Notes: generated from the letters alone by a model not told the origin. Positions 47,599-61,290 are shown, counted from the first letter of the stretch. The stretch is 64,000 bases of DNA from Nemertoderma westbladi (GCA_032718475.1 JAUCBJ010004839.1:62001-126000); one strand, 5' to 3'. Numbers and translations are program-made.

Positions 47599-48772
47599 GG
47601 ATGTAGGACAATTCGGTCCCGGACAATTCGGACCCGGACAATTCGGTCCGGACAATTCGGTCCCGGACAATTCGGTCCCGGACAATTCGGTCCCAAAACA
47701 CTAAATAAATGGGACCAAATTGTCCGGGACCGAATTGTCCGGGACCGAATTGTCCTAGGACCGAATTGTCCTAGGACCGAATTGTCCGGGACCGAATTGT
47801 CCGGTTCCTGATAGCAACTTTTTAGTGCTTTTTTGATATTGGTGAATGTTCTAGAACATTAGTAGAGATATTTGTTATGGTAGCTAGTGTTATTTACTTG
47901 CTATAATTTTTTGAAATTTTAAAAATACTGTATTTTTTTTTATTTTTGTTATTGGTAGTGTTCGAGAACATTATTATATATTATTTATTAAGGTGTAGCT
48001 AGTGTTTTTTTTACTAGCTAGCATTTCCTTGAAATTATAAAAACCTGTGAAAACAATGATATTTCAGAATTAGGCCTAAACTGTTGCTGATTATATTAAT
48101 TACCAACAATATTGATGATATTATAACAGTCCCTGAATGAGATCCAGCTATTATCTGGGATAATAATTTAGGCTTGTTAACCAACCAACAACACATACAG
48201 TATACTTACGCAATATATTAAAAAAATCAGCTTTAAATATTTTAAATACATACTATTACTAGCTAGTGAATAATTCACAAGCTCCATAAAAACACCATAG
48301 CGACCATAAATAATAATGTTAACAAAAAAAAGTAAATTTTTTTATTAAAAAAAAAATACTAGCTAGCAAAAAAAACACTAGCTACCATATAATAATATAT
48401 ATTAAGGTTCTAGAACATTCACCATTATATAGTACCAATTAAATTTGGTCCCGGACAATTCGGTCCCGGACAATTCGGTCCCGGACAATTCGGTCCCATT
48501 AATATGCATGTTTTGGGACCGAATTGTCCTAGTCAGTATCCGGACAATTCGGTCCCGGACAATTCGGTCCCGGACAATTCGGTCCCATTAATATGCATGT
48601 TTTGGGACCGAATTGTCCTAGTCAGTATCCGGACAATTCGGTCCCGGACAATTCGGTCCCGGACAATTCGGTCCCAAAACATAAAATTAATGGGACCGAA
48701 TTGTCCGGGACCGAATTTTCCGGGACCGAATTGTCCGGACCGAATTGTCCGGGACCGAATTGTCCTGCTTCC
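47599..48772. mobile_element. MULE/foldback-like non-autonomous element with 15-bp subrepeats (ggacaattcggtccc)
   Basis: TIR ggatgtaggacaattcgg / ccgaattgtcctgcttcc; TSD aatgtatg at 47591-47598 and 48773-48780. Confidence 0.88.
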
Positions 48773-49129
48773 AATGTATGGTATAATTGTGATAGGGAAA
48801 ATACACAGAGTTAGTTATAAGCTGTCAATCTAAAGTACAAATATAAGGTTGAATTGGGAAAAGCTGATAGGTAGATCACAGGAAGGTAATGTGTGGAAGA
48901 TAATGGCATTAGGTAACATATGATTATATGGTGTCTACTTGTAGCGCATGGTTAGGTAGAATACACATAACGATAAGTAATGGGTGGCTGGGGAATTTTT
49001 ACAGAAGAAGAAAAACAAAAAAACATGAAAACAAAAAAACCAAAAAAACAGAGAATCTGGAACTTCGCTATACAAGGTGTTGTAGTTGGTTTCAACCGCA
49101 TGTTGTGTACATGTAATACTTTAAGCTGG

Positions 49130-50825
49130 AGGTATCATTGAACCAAATTCAAAATCTAACCGATAAATTGTGTGTGATAAATTGTCACCCTTACTTTTTA
49201 GTTTATTTATTTCCGACCTACCGTCTATTTTATTAATTGCCACATGTTTTTGCATAATGTAGGCCAATGATCTGGTGATCATTGGAAAATCCACTGCTGA
49301 TATCCAACGAAGTTTAAATAGGTTACACAATGTTTAACAAAAATTTAACAGTGAATATAAGTAAAACTAAGGCAGTAAAATTTTGTTGAGGTGGTAGACT
49401 CTCTGGTTCAGATAATTTATCTTATAACGGTGTGCAGTTGGAATTCCAAAATAACTTTGCGTACGTAGGCGTAATCTTGTCAACAACAAATGGTGGTAAT
49501 GGTTAAAAAATCGAGACTTGAAAAATATCGAGAGTAAAAATAACGAGAGTAAAAATATCGAGAGTAAAAATAACGAGTGTTGAAAATTAACGTGATTAAA
49601 AAAAAATATCGAGAGTAAAAATATAGAGTGTTGAAAAATATCGAGAGTAAAAAAAACGAGTGTTGAAAAATACCGAGTATTGAAAAATATCGAGAGTAAA
49701 AAAAACGAGTGTTGAAAAATACCGAGTATTGAAAAATATCGAGAGTAAAAATATCGAGAGTAAAAATATCGAGTGTTGAAAAATATCGAGACTAAAAATA
49801 TTGCATTTTGCGTGAGCATTTTATTTAGAATTATGGAACAATATTGCAGTGCATGTGTTACAACAGTGCAAGTGAATGGCATTAATACACCTTGGGTACC
49901 CATTTACCAGATTTATTATACTAGCTAGTTTTTGCTATTTTTTTAATAAATATTATAAAAGAAGTGCTAGCTATAAATTTTGATAAATATTTTTGTTCTA
50001 GAACAAAAATCTCTTTTAATTTTTTTAAATAACTAGTATTTTCTACATCTTTTTATAAATGTTATAGAACACGTGAAAGCTACCAAATGTTGATAAATAT
50101 TTTTGTTCTAGAACACATTTTTTTTGTTCTAGAACATTTTTAAGAAAAAAAATTATCATACAACCCTTATTTAAAAAATTGTTAGGCCTACTATCGATAT
50201 TTTTACTCTCGATATTTTCAACTCTCGATATTTTTCAACACTCGATATTTTTCAACACTCGATATTTTTCAACACTCGATATTTTTCAACACTCGATATT
50301 TTTCGACACTCGTTATTTTTACTCTCGATATTTTTCAACACTCGATGTTTTTACTCTCGATAATTTTCAACACACTCGATATTTTTACTCTCGATATTTT
50401 TCAACACTCGATATTATTACTCTCGATATTTTTACTCTCGATATTTTTTGAACTCTCGATATTATCGTTATTTTTCAACACTCGATGTTTTTACTCGCGT
50501 TATTTTTACTCTCGATATTTTTCATGTCTCGATATTTTTCAATATAACCCAAATGGTGCTTCTGCTCATTACAATCACTTTTACAGTAAAGGTCTTGTAT
50601 GTTGCGCTCGCCTAGCACTGAAGGTCCACATTCAAACAGTATCCATGGAAACAGCTAAAATTATCTGGTTAGCAATAATTGTCCCCAGCATAACCTATGG
50701 TTGTGAAGTATTTGATACCCCTGGTAATGTAGACCCATTTTCTCTAGAACACGTGCAGAAGGTTAGAGCCTTCTATTGGAAGCAGTGGTGTGGGGTGAGC
50801 AAGTTCGCCTCATCAATGCTATCCT
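49130..50825 (+). pseudogene. Degraded LINE RT remnant, split by the element at 49495-50549
   Basis: M*ANDLVIIG (decayed YADD) near 49257, VNISKTK, and IIVPSITYGCEV near 50680. Confidence 0.6.
49495..50549. mobile_element. MULE/foldback-like element with long subrepeat arms (aaaaatatcgagagt)n
   Basis: Inverted subrepeat arms, GG...CC ends, TSD caaatggt at 49487-49494 and 50550-50557. Confidence 0.88.
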
Positions 50826-51076
50826 AAGAAAAATCGATAACCCGGAATCCGACCCAAGTGATATCCGTATCGACCATCTATCAGGACTAACACACCGTGC
50901 AGCGGTGCCCACTGCATTTGTTTCAGAGTTCATAACAAAAAAACCACGGGGGGGGGTCATATTGACCCCCCCCCCCCGGGTTTAATAGGGTTAATTAATA
51001 TAATAAACCAGCTAAAGACCATCAATATTTTACCTTATTTCTATCATCCTTAAACTATGTTCCAGCTGGTGAATGC

Positions 51077-51230
51077 CTACCACTTCATCCGCTCGTTTAA
51101 GACTAAGAACCTATTTCTGTTCAAACTGGTGTCATAGGTGTAACACTTGATGTTTTCTGGGACAATTTGCGCATTCAGGTCACCAACAATGACTTTGACG
51201 TTGTAATTGCGGATCTGCAATAGCCAATCA
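51077..51230 (-). pseudogene. LINE APE endonuclease fragment
   Basis: KVIVGDLNAQI...NRN motif. Confidence 0.5.
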
Positions 51231-53215
51231 CAAACAATTTTCAAAATTAGCATTGCTCGCTTACTTAACATATGTTTAAAAAACACACCCCACCCCTCGA
51301 TTCAGGGCACCTTACTCCTTAATCAATTACAATCCAAATAAGATTTTCGAGCACCGCCCCATTCCAGGAAGATTGGATGTTACTTTGAAGCAAATTAGAA
51401 ACGTCAGTCCAGTGCAAAATTGTATAAGTTAAAGAAAAAAATTCATGTTAACTTTTACAATGTATTTCAAAAGCGACAATGAAAATATGTTTCTCTTTCT
51501 AGCAATGTCCTTGGTTGCGAGGGAAGTTTCGAGGATGATTAGTATGTATGTTGTTTATCTGACATATGTCAAAGTAAAGTGGACATCATAGTGGGTGTAT
51601 CTGAGCAATCCAAAGGACACTCACTGCAAGGAATCCTAATCCTGAGTTGTTGGAATAGATTACAGTACAGGCAGGATATGCACTGTCTAAAAGGGAAATT
51701 AAATTAAAAGTGAGAAGAAAGGTGTTGTTGGGGAAGTGAAGTAGCGCAGCGGTTTCCTAGAGCTGAAATGTAAATGTAACACGGTTTATTGATTGAAGAC
51801 TAAAGATACAGAAAATGGCGATTACCAATACATTCCATTCCATTTTTTTTTTTCAGTTTTTAAGAGTTTTTAAGTCATGCTTGCATACTCATACAATAAA
51901 ATTTAGAATTTTGCTATAGGTTATCCAACTAAAACTCAAATGGAAATGTTTTTGCTTGTTTATCTGCGATTTTTCATCACTTTATAATTTTTTTATGTTA
52001 TTTCAAATTATTTTCTCAAACAGAACTTAACTATTCAATATTAAGTAATACATACAATAAATTTGATCATTCATCAAAAGTTAACTCTTCCCAGTGCATC
52101 CTATAGGCCCTACTAGAGTTGTGCTAGATAGAGGGAATACAGAGTGGGATCTCTCTCTGACCAAAGCCAAATAATCATTTTACCCAGCTGATAGCTCCTT
52201 CCACAGAATACAATACAAACTCTTGCCCTGGTTGCATGCAGGTTGCAATATTTTATCAACGCCTTTACGGAATTTGATGGGGTTTTCGATTGTTATATTA
52301 AACACAATATTCTGAATCTCACTAGCCTAGTTTCGAAGCACCAATGCCAAGACTTCATACTTTTTGAGGAAATTTTTCTAGAATAATATGTATTTAATTG
52401 CATTCATAAGGATTTCTTATTACTGTGTGCATATTAAATTGATGGAGTTTTAAATTTATTAACTAAACTCGACATCGTACATCGGACCAGCATGGTTTAG
52501 AATTTCCAAAACGTATCTTTACAATTTGTAGGTTGATTTTGTTCTAGAATTAAGCACCTAATAATTGATCGAATTTCTTAGTAATTATTGTATGAAATAT
52601 AATTTTGTATTTTTACATAATTAATTAGTTCTATACTATTTCTATGATGGTCTGCTGTGCATGAATGCCACAGCTTGAATTAACTCACACCATAATATAT
52701 TCGTTGATACCTTACTTTTCCTTTGATTTGTTTTGTTTTAACATTTCGTTTATGTTACTTAATATTTAAATATAAATAATGTATATTGTATGAAATATCG
52801 AGAAAATAGAGTACATTAAACTACCATTTTATATAAAAAGTTACAAAATTCTTCAATTTCATATATTACACCAACAATGAGGAAACAAAATGTTATTTCA
52901 TTTGACCATTGATAGTTTCCCACATCTCACCACTTATAGTATACATAAGCCTACTGCTGTGCTTTTTAAGATAACATCGATCGTCTAAAGTATCCATTCC
53001 TATTTATTTTCCTGCATGCCTAGACACAAGATAGTTTGACTTTTATAAACTTCAAGCCAACTGCACTGCCAACCTACTAACCACCATATCATAATTACCA
53101 TTAAGTTTTGGCGTGAAGTGCTGGCTGGAACCCAGGCATAGAATCCTGTGCTTAGCAGACAATTTCCAACTACTACAGTAGTTAATTGTGTTAGTTTGTT
53201 GGAAATTGAAAAAGG

Positions 53216-53750
53216 CTATGGGGCGCCGTGGGCTTCAAAAATATGAAAATGTCGGGGACTGGTTCAGATTCTCGGTGACTGGTTTAGATTTCGGTCAAGA
53301 TTTCGGCTCAGATTTCGGCCAAGATTTCGGCTTAGAATCTTGGCCGAAATCTAAGCCGAAATCTTGGCTGAAATCTAAGCCGACTTCACCATTTGTCCAG
53401 TAAGGTAGGCCTATATACCATAGGTAACTCAAAACTCTAAGTCATTACTTTTGGTCATAGAGTATCTACACACTATGGTACTGCGGTAGGCCTACTGTAG
53501 TACTGTACTGGCAGACTGGTAACAGAGAAACACAGACTGACAAGAAAGTCACGTTATTGAAATTTTGGCCTAGATTTTAGCTTAGATTTCGGTTTAGATT
53601 TTTGCCAAGATTTCTAAAGATTCTAAGCCGAAATCTTGGCCGAAATCTTGGCCGAAATCTAAACCAGTCGCCGAGAATCTAAACCAGTCGCCGCGAATCT
53701 GAACCAGTCTCCGATATTTTCATATTTTTGAAGCCCACGGCGCCCCATAG
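53216..53750. mobile_element. MITE with long TIRs and 12-bp subrepeats; 4-bp TSD
   Basis: ctatggggcgccgtgggcttcaaaaatatgaaa and its perfect inverse at the other end; aagg at 53212-53215 and 53751-53754. Confidence 0.88.
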
Positions 53751-54520
53751 AAGGCCTGCCATCACTGCACACGATGGCGGTAGCGGAAGCAGCACACACA
53801 GCGAGAAAAGTACTTCCAATGAATGAACTATATGGTGAATAAATTAAATTAGAGGAAAGTTAAAAGGGTTGTAATGTACATAGAAAGGAAGTGTGCAGGT
53901 AGAAATTGTTGACGTTTAGTTTTTATGTCAGTTTAATTAAGGAAATTAAACGATTCCGCAGGAGGTAATAGGATGGGGATTAGTACCTTCGGGGTTGTGA
54001 CTCTTGGTAAAGTGGAATTGCGGATTTCTGTTAAATATACTTACCATCAACTAATGTTAGTTTTGCCAGGTTTTTGGGGATCTTTGGGATTTTTGGGGGT
54101 CTGTTGATTATATTTTATATATCATTTGGTTTGGTCTCGCTCTTGTTATCCTTGCAACTTCATTAATCTTTATTTTTAATTAAAATCTTTTCCGCCAATA
54201 GAATCCGGGTGGTTTCATAATTAACATATTTGACTTGTACGGCTTGTTGCTTTCTTGGCTTTACTTGTGTGTTCCTCAAACCCGAACCCCCGTATATGGG
54301 GGCCCGGGAGGTTTTAATTTGATCGAGAATAATACTTTAAATAGTATTGCAGGGATATTTATGTACCACAAACAAGTTCCCAATTTGGAATTCATGTATC
54401 AAACTCTCAACGCCAACAGACAAATGAATATTCTTTATTTAATAGATTGTTTGTAATTGTTCTCGTGATTCAATTGTTTTCAATGTCAACAACATAAAAT
54501 GTGACCATGTCGCATTTTAT

Positions 54521-56848
54521 GGGGGGTAAACGCTACGCCTACACTTACACACGCCTATACTTACACCGACTTGTAGGCAGGTTAGTAAAGAAGCAGGTTA
54601 CAGAGGCGAGTTGAAATGAACCAAAACAATAAACTAGAGATAGGAAACATAATTTAATTCAGAATCAGCAGTTTGAGGATCAACAGTCAGATGCATGGCA
54701 GGCCGGTACATAGGTGTGTAGGCGTGTGTAAGTGTAGGCGTCTGTAGGCGTGTGTAAGTGTTGGGGGGCGTCTGTAGGCGTGTGTAAGTGTAGGCGTCTG
54801 TAGGCGTGTGTAAGTGTTTGTAGGCGCCTGTAGGGGTGTGTAAGTGTAGGCGCCTGTAGGGGTGTGTAAGTGTTTGTAGGCGTCTGTAGGCGTGTGTAAG
54901 TGTAGGCGTCTGTAGGCGTGTGTAAGTGTTTGTAGGCGTCTGTAGGCGTGTGTAAGTGTTTGTAGGCGTCTGTAGGCGTGTGTAAGTATTTGTAGGCGTC
55001 TGTAGGCGTGTGTAAGTGTTTGTAGGCGTCTGTAGGCGTGTGTAAGTGTAGGCGTCTGTAGGGGTGTGTAAGTGTTTGTAGGCGTCTGTAGGCGTGTGTA
55101 AGTGTTTGTAGGCGTCTGTAGGCGTGTGTAAGTGTTTGTAGGCGTCTGTAGGCGTGTGTAAGTGTTTGTAGGCGCCTGTAGGGGTGTGTAAGTGTAGGCG
55201 CCTGTAGGGGTGTGTAAGTGTTTGTAGGCGTCTGTAGGCGTGTGTAAGTGTAGGCGTCTGTAGGCGTGTGTAAGTGTTTGTAGGCGTCTGTAGGCGTGTG
55301 TGAGTGTTTGTAGGCGTCTGTAGGCGTGTGTAAGTGTTTGTAGGCGTCTGTAGGCGTGTGTAAGTGTTTTGTAGGCGTGTGTAAGTGTAGGCGTCTGTAG
55401 GCGTGTGTAAGTGTTGGGGGGCGTCTGTAGGCGTGTGTAAGTGTAGGCGTCTGTAGGCGTGTGTAAGTGTTTGTAGGCGCCTGTAGGGGTGTGTAAGTGT
55501 AGGCGCCTGTAGGGGTGTGTAAGTGTTTGTAGGCGTCTGTAGGCGTGTGTAAGTGTAGGCGTCTGTAGGCGTGTGTAAGTGTTTGTAGGCGTCTGTAGGC
55601 GTGTGTAAGTGTTTGTAGGCGTCTGTAGGCGTGTGTAAGTGTTTGTAGGCGTCTGTAGGCGTGTGTAAGTGTTTGTAGGCGTCTGTAGGCGTGTGTAAGT
55701 GTAGGCGTCTGTAGGGGTGTGTAAGTGTTTGTAGGCGTCTGTAGGCGTGTGTAAGTGTTTGTAGGCGTCTGTAGGCGTGTGTAAGTGTTTGTAGGCGTCT
55801 GTAGGCGTGTGTAAGTGTTTGTAGGCGCCTGTAGGGGTGTGTAAGTGTAGGCGCCTGTAGGGGTGTGTAAGTGTTTGTAGGCGTCTGTAGGCGTGTGTAA
55901 GTGTAGGCGTCTGTAGGCGTGTGTAAGTGTTTGTAGGCGTCTGTAGGCGTGTGTAAGTGTTTGTAGGCGTCTGTAGGCGTGTGTAAGTGTTTGTAGGCGT
56001 CTGTAGGCGTGTGTGAGTGTTTGTAGGCGTCTGTAGGCGTGTGTAAGTGTTTGTAGGCGTCTGTAGGCGTGTGTAAGTGTTTGTAGGCGTCTGTAGGCGT
56101 GTGTAAGTGTTTGTAGGCGTCTGTAGGCGTGTGTAAGAGTTTGTAGGCGTCTGTAGGCGTGTGTAAGTGTTTGTAGGCGTCTGTAGGCGTGTGTAAGTGT
56201 AGGCGTCTGTAGGCGTGTGTAAGTGTTTGTAGGCGTCTGTAGGCGTGTGTAAGTGTTTGTAGGCGTCTGTAGGCGTGTGTAAGTGTAGGCGTCTGTAGGC
56301 GTGTGTAAGTGTTTGTAGGCGTCTGTAGGCGTGTGTAAGTGTTTGTAGGCGTCTGTAGGCGTGTGTAAGTGTAGGCGTCTGTAGGCGTGTGTAAGTGTAG
56401 GCGTCTGTAGGCGTGTGTAAGTGTTTGTAGGCGTCTGTAGGCGTGTGTAAGTGTTTGTAGGAGTCTGTAGGCGTGTGTAAGTGTTTGTAGGCGTCTGTAG
56501 GCGTGTGTAAGTGTTTGTAGGCGTCTGTAGGCGTGTGTAAGTGTTTGTAGGCGTCTGTAGGCGTGTGTAAGTGTTTGTAGGCGTCTGTAGGCGTGTGTAA
56601 GTGTTTGTAGGCGTCTGTAGGCGTGTGTAAGTGTTTATAGGCGTCTGTAGGCGTGTGTAAGTGTAGGCGTCTGTAGGCGTGTGTAAGTGTAGGCGTCTGT
56701 AGGCGTGTGTAAGTGTTTGTAGGCGTCTGTAGGCGTGTGTAAGTGTAGGCGTCTGTAGGCGTGTGTAAGTGTAGGCGTCTGTAGGCGTGTGTAAGTGTTT
56801 GTAGGCGTCTGTAGGCGTGTGTAAGTGTAGGCGTAACGTTTACCCCCC
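54521..56848. mobile_element. TIR element whose right arm is expanded into a 2.1-kb satellite
   Basis: TIR ggggggtaaacg.tacgcctacacttacacacgccta and its inverse at 56812-56848; 7-8-bp TSD (c)attttat. Confidence 0.85.
54711..56833. repeat. 30/26-bp satellite (tgtaggcgtc tgtaggcgtg tgtaagtgtt)n
   Basis: Direct reading. The marker ttggggggcg at 54761 and 55414 indicates an about 650-bp higher-order duplication. Confidence 0.97.
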
Positions 56849-57091
56849 ATTTTATTCAATACATCGAAAAAATGTAAAAAGTATTTTTTATGCACTTGCT
56901 ATTCCAAAATTATGGGGCTCCCTTGCCACATTACACTTCTTACTAGTTAGAATTACATGGAAAAATTTATAACAAAATCAAGGCCGCATTGAAGACTTCT
57001 AGAATACTAATTCTAAAATTTTCTTTAAAACTTATCGAGGCTGTTTTATTTTATTATATTATGAATTAGAATAATTTCAATGTATAGGTAT

Positions 57092-57330
57092 CAAAAAAAA
57101 AGCAAACAGTCGGCCGAGGCTCAAGGCGACCCGAAGGCTCCTCTTTCGATAGCTGCTACACGAAGGTAGGGCAGGGCGCTACTCCTATCCCAAGATTTGC
57201 TCCTAGTCATTTAACTGGTACTACAGTAATTTTATCGACCCCAGTGGCTAAAAGGCTGACTGGAATCTGGCGGGGCTGAACCTACAACCAATAGATTACA
57301 GGCCCGGCGCTCGGGCAACTGAGCTACCCC
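57092..57330 (-). mobile_element. Second full-length copy of the tRNA-SINE, single 36-bp segment
   Basis: Colinear with 39528-39765. Confidence 0.88.
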
Positions 57331-59859
57331 CCCCCCCCCCCCCCCCCCCGTCTATGTACGTACAGTGTGTATATTTTATACAACAATTGCGCTAATTTTG
57401 ATGCATTGTACAGTATGTACATTTGTTTTTTTAGGTTTATTTAGTAGGCCTATTACTGCACTACAATAATTATCAACTGCACATTCGAAATTGTACACGA
57501 AATTCACAATGATTATCTAGTATTTTAATGTAGTGTGTTTGTTACGGAGGTCTAGGTATAGGCGACCTAAAATATTCTGGAAATACCTTCTTAAGACCTC
57601 CTGGCTGGGGGTATACATACCGGTAATGGGTAACCGCTGGCAGTTTTCGTACACACTGTGCAATGGTGCAGGCAACAGCCTCCCGGGACCTAATTAAATA
57701 GTTTTGGATGGTAAAATAAAATATACAGTATGGCCTGATGACAGCATAAGATTATAGCCTATGTTTTATAGGCCTAAGCATAAGACGCTTAGGAGCACTA
57801 GGTTTCCCGGTGAGAGTGCCAGTTACTGAACTTGCTAACATGTATTTGAATACAAGTACAAGAATGTAAGGCTAATCGAAGTAGTAATACTGTACTACAG
57901 AACAGTAGGGACCAGTATATTAGGCCAAATCAGTGGGCCTAATGTGGTTAATGCAGCAGTACTGATTAGCAGTACTTGTTGTACATTGTACATGGATCAG
58001 GTTACAGAGGCATGTTGGGGGAACCAAAACAATAAATGAAAGTTAACACATGTTACATGTCACTTTGTTTTATACTCACCCCAACATGATGCTGATAAGT
58101 TGATCAAATATATATTTTACTGTATAAGTGTGAAAATGTGGATTAAACTAAAGTTTAAATAACTAGATAATTCGCAATAATCAACTTCTCTATTTTTTCT
58201 GATTTTACTTATTCCTAATTATTTTATATCTTTAACATATAATAGGCATACTATTTAGTATTTTCAAATGTCTCCACTGGTTAAACACACAATTTATTTT
58301 CTAATGAGGCTGATATATTAGCTTATTTTATTATTAATGATGTACATTAAACTAAACAGGTTTCTTTCGATATTATCTATTTATTTCCACATAACATTCC
58401 CATTATAATGCGTATTCATTGTAACTAGCGTACACTGTATGCACTGAAGCTAAATGTGTAATGCATTAAGCATTATGATATTCTATGCTTCTCATTTCCT
58501 GGCCAAGTTAGAGGAAATGCACATCCTGTTATTCCCAAATAAATATAGTAATATTTTTATTACGAAGAATAGTTGAAATCTCACCATTAATGGTTGGTTA
58601 TATTTCACATGTATGAATTCAAGATTCATTAAAATACAATTATACAATTCATCAGTGGTGTAATGAATGAATTTTTGCAAATATCATGAGCGAAGAATTA
58701 GTTTATTCAAACGCATAATATAATGCTAATAATTTAACCCTACTAATGGGCATTCAAATATATATCTGTGTATTTCATTGATGCCTGTAAAATGAACTTG
58801 TAAACGGTCATGCATGGCATATACCTAATACTGTAAATTGTCCAGCTTGGCCAGGACCAACTGTGGTCTAGGACTGGTACATCCGCTGGCCAACCATGTG
58901 TAGAACAGCGAACAGGAGTGCAGAAAATAGCCGTTGGCAAACATGCACATGGTGAAAGATATGGGCCTCAGTATTCCAGACGTCACCAGCGGTGGTGCTA
59001 ACCAGACTCGTGGATGCAATCTTCCAGTCCACTTTTTGGTATTTCAAGTTGACCTGACAGCGCTGCTTCAGAATGGACTCGGTGGATCGCATACTGGGCG
59101 GCAACAGCATTTTAATACCACAATATTGAGTTATTGGTTGGTTATTCTCTAGTTAGAGCAGTGGCCCATGCATGGATGACCACTTCCTCTTCCTACTACC
59201 ACTTCCTCCTGATCTTCTCTTTCCTTCCAGGTAACCCAGAGATAGTGTTACCGCTGATTCAGTGCTCTACATTCGAACGCAGATGGATGCCAGCAAGTCC
59301 CAGCAGTGTCGAGACCGACCGGCCAGCAGAGTGCCAGCAAATACGTTGCGCTCCTCATCATGAGGTTTCACTTAATGTGTTGGAGATTGTGAATTGATTA
59401 AATTATCATAACGTAATATAATTTTGGAGAATATTAATACAATATTAATGCAATTAATATATATATACATGAACAACAGGCAAAGGAAAGTTATTGACTA
59501 AATGCTACTTCTGTTCACTGCAGGATCAGGAAGTTGCCACAGCAATTGCCAAACAGAAAATATGTATTTAATCCGTGAAATAAGAGTGACCAGCGAGCAC
59601 TAAGTTGCGGGGGATTGTTTTTTTGTGATTTGGAAACAAAAATAGCAACTTTTAGTGTTTCTAACCAGGAATCAAAATATATTGTTATATCGAATCTATC
59701 AACAAAAAACGAAATTGTTTTCTCGAAATTGACACCTCACACATACATACATACATACATTCAGAGACAAGTTAGTCTTATAGTTAATGTGATAGAAAGA
59801 TATTGGTATCACTATGTGTTAGGAAAAGTAAAATCACACTGAAACCCATAATACAATAC

Positions 59860-61290
59860 CTATAATTCATATTATATTATTATTTATTTCGTACACTGGC
59901 ATGCAGCCAGGAACAGAGTAAGTAAAGAGAGTAGACAAAAAGCACAAAACAATACATAGAGAAGGCAAAGACAATATAACTAAATAATAAACGATAAACA
60001 TATATAGTGATATGATAATCTACACAAAAAAATATGGAAATACAATTAATTAATTAGTACGTTGTGACATACACCAATAAATCTGACATTTCTGATTTTG
60101 AAAAACCCGTAAGTTCAAAAGTGTCGAACTTGAAACAATTTACGTGTTCCCTAGCACAATTTAAATTGCCAATATTCTGATTCTTCTACATAAACATATC
60201 GTAAAGAATTAATCTCCTCATTGCTTAAGTTGTTTAAATTCGGTTGCTTTAATTCATTAAAAATACGTCTCAAATTGAGACCAATACAGCTTCTGCAGTC
60301 AAAAAGTGTTAAATACGATAGAAATCGAATCGGATACTTGGAAGAGCTATACACAGATTTAATGAAATTCAGCAACCGTTTTACAAATCATTACATGAAA
60401 ATTGTACAAGGTGTTCTACAATAAATCTATGACTGTTAAAAGGTAACCCCCACATAATACGAATATTGTTGTTCCAAGCTGTAAAAATTCTAGAACAATC
60501 ATGAGAAAATAAGTCCCAAACTACACTTCAATAAAAACTATTGGCGTAAATTCTTTGAATATTTGAAATACACGAAGATGATGCAAATGAACATTCCTGT
60601 CTTAAGTTATTAGGCTTACCAACAAAAGCTCCCCGTTTAAGAATCAAGTCCCTATCTAATTTACACCTATAGTCTACCACGGAAGACTAATGTTATCTAC
60701 TACTATGTTACACAGTAGTGGTGGATTCCAATTAAAACTAAATGGTATACATTATTTATTTACATTTTTCCATGATTTACATTTACACTGAGTTTTAATT
60801 TAAATTCAGCAAAAAAATTGGAGCCTATCTTAATCATAAATTGTAAACCAGCAACTGATGGGCATAATAAAAGTACATCATCGGCGTACGCTAAACATCC
60901 AAAATATTGGTTACCTATGAAACAACCGACCTTATAGTTTTTAAGTCTGTCAATAAGATTGTTTAAGACTACACAAAAAAGCACTGGCGAGATACACGAT
61001 CCTTGTCTTACACCATTGCTGATGATAAAACTGCATGATTTATACATATTCTTACAAAACAAGCCTGATTGCAATAAATATACAGCAAACATCGACTAAA
61101 AAGGGCAAATAGACCTTTTTTAATTAGTTCTAAGAATAATTTATTCCATTCTACTAGATCGAAAGCTTTGGTGAAATCAAGTAAACATGAATAAACTGGG
61201 GTAGCGTATGATAAATACCTGCTGAGTTGCTGCCCATGAGCACATACCAGTACTAGAATTAGATTATTAACCAAATTGCAAATCATGTAG
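59860..61290 (-). mobile_element. Degraded LINE (L2/RTE-X-like RT)
   Basis: LLDFTKAFDLV, NGVRQGSCISPVLF, GCLAYADDVLLLCPS; frameshifts; AT-rich tail near 59870. Confidence 0.85.

Noticed and set aside
47505-50827. Repetitive ORFs (GPNCP, LLSIF, KNIES types; also 6607-6885)
   Set aside because: Translations of 15-bp transposon subrepeats.
54711-56833. Telomeric or interstitial telomere repeat
   Set aside because: The unit is 26-30 bp, not TTAGGG, TTAGG or TTAGGC, and it is bounded by TIRs and a TSD.
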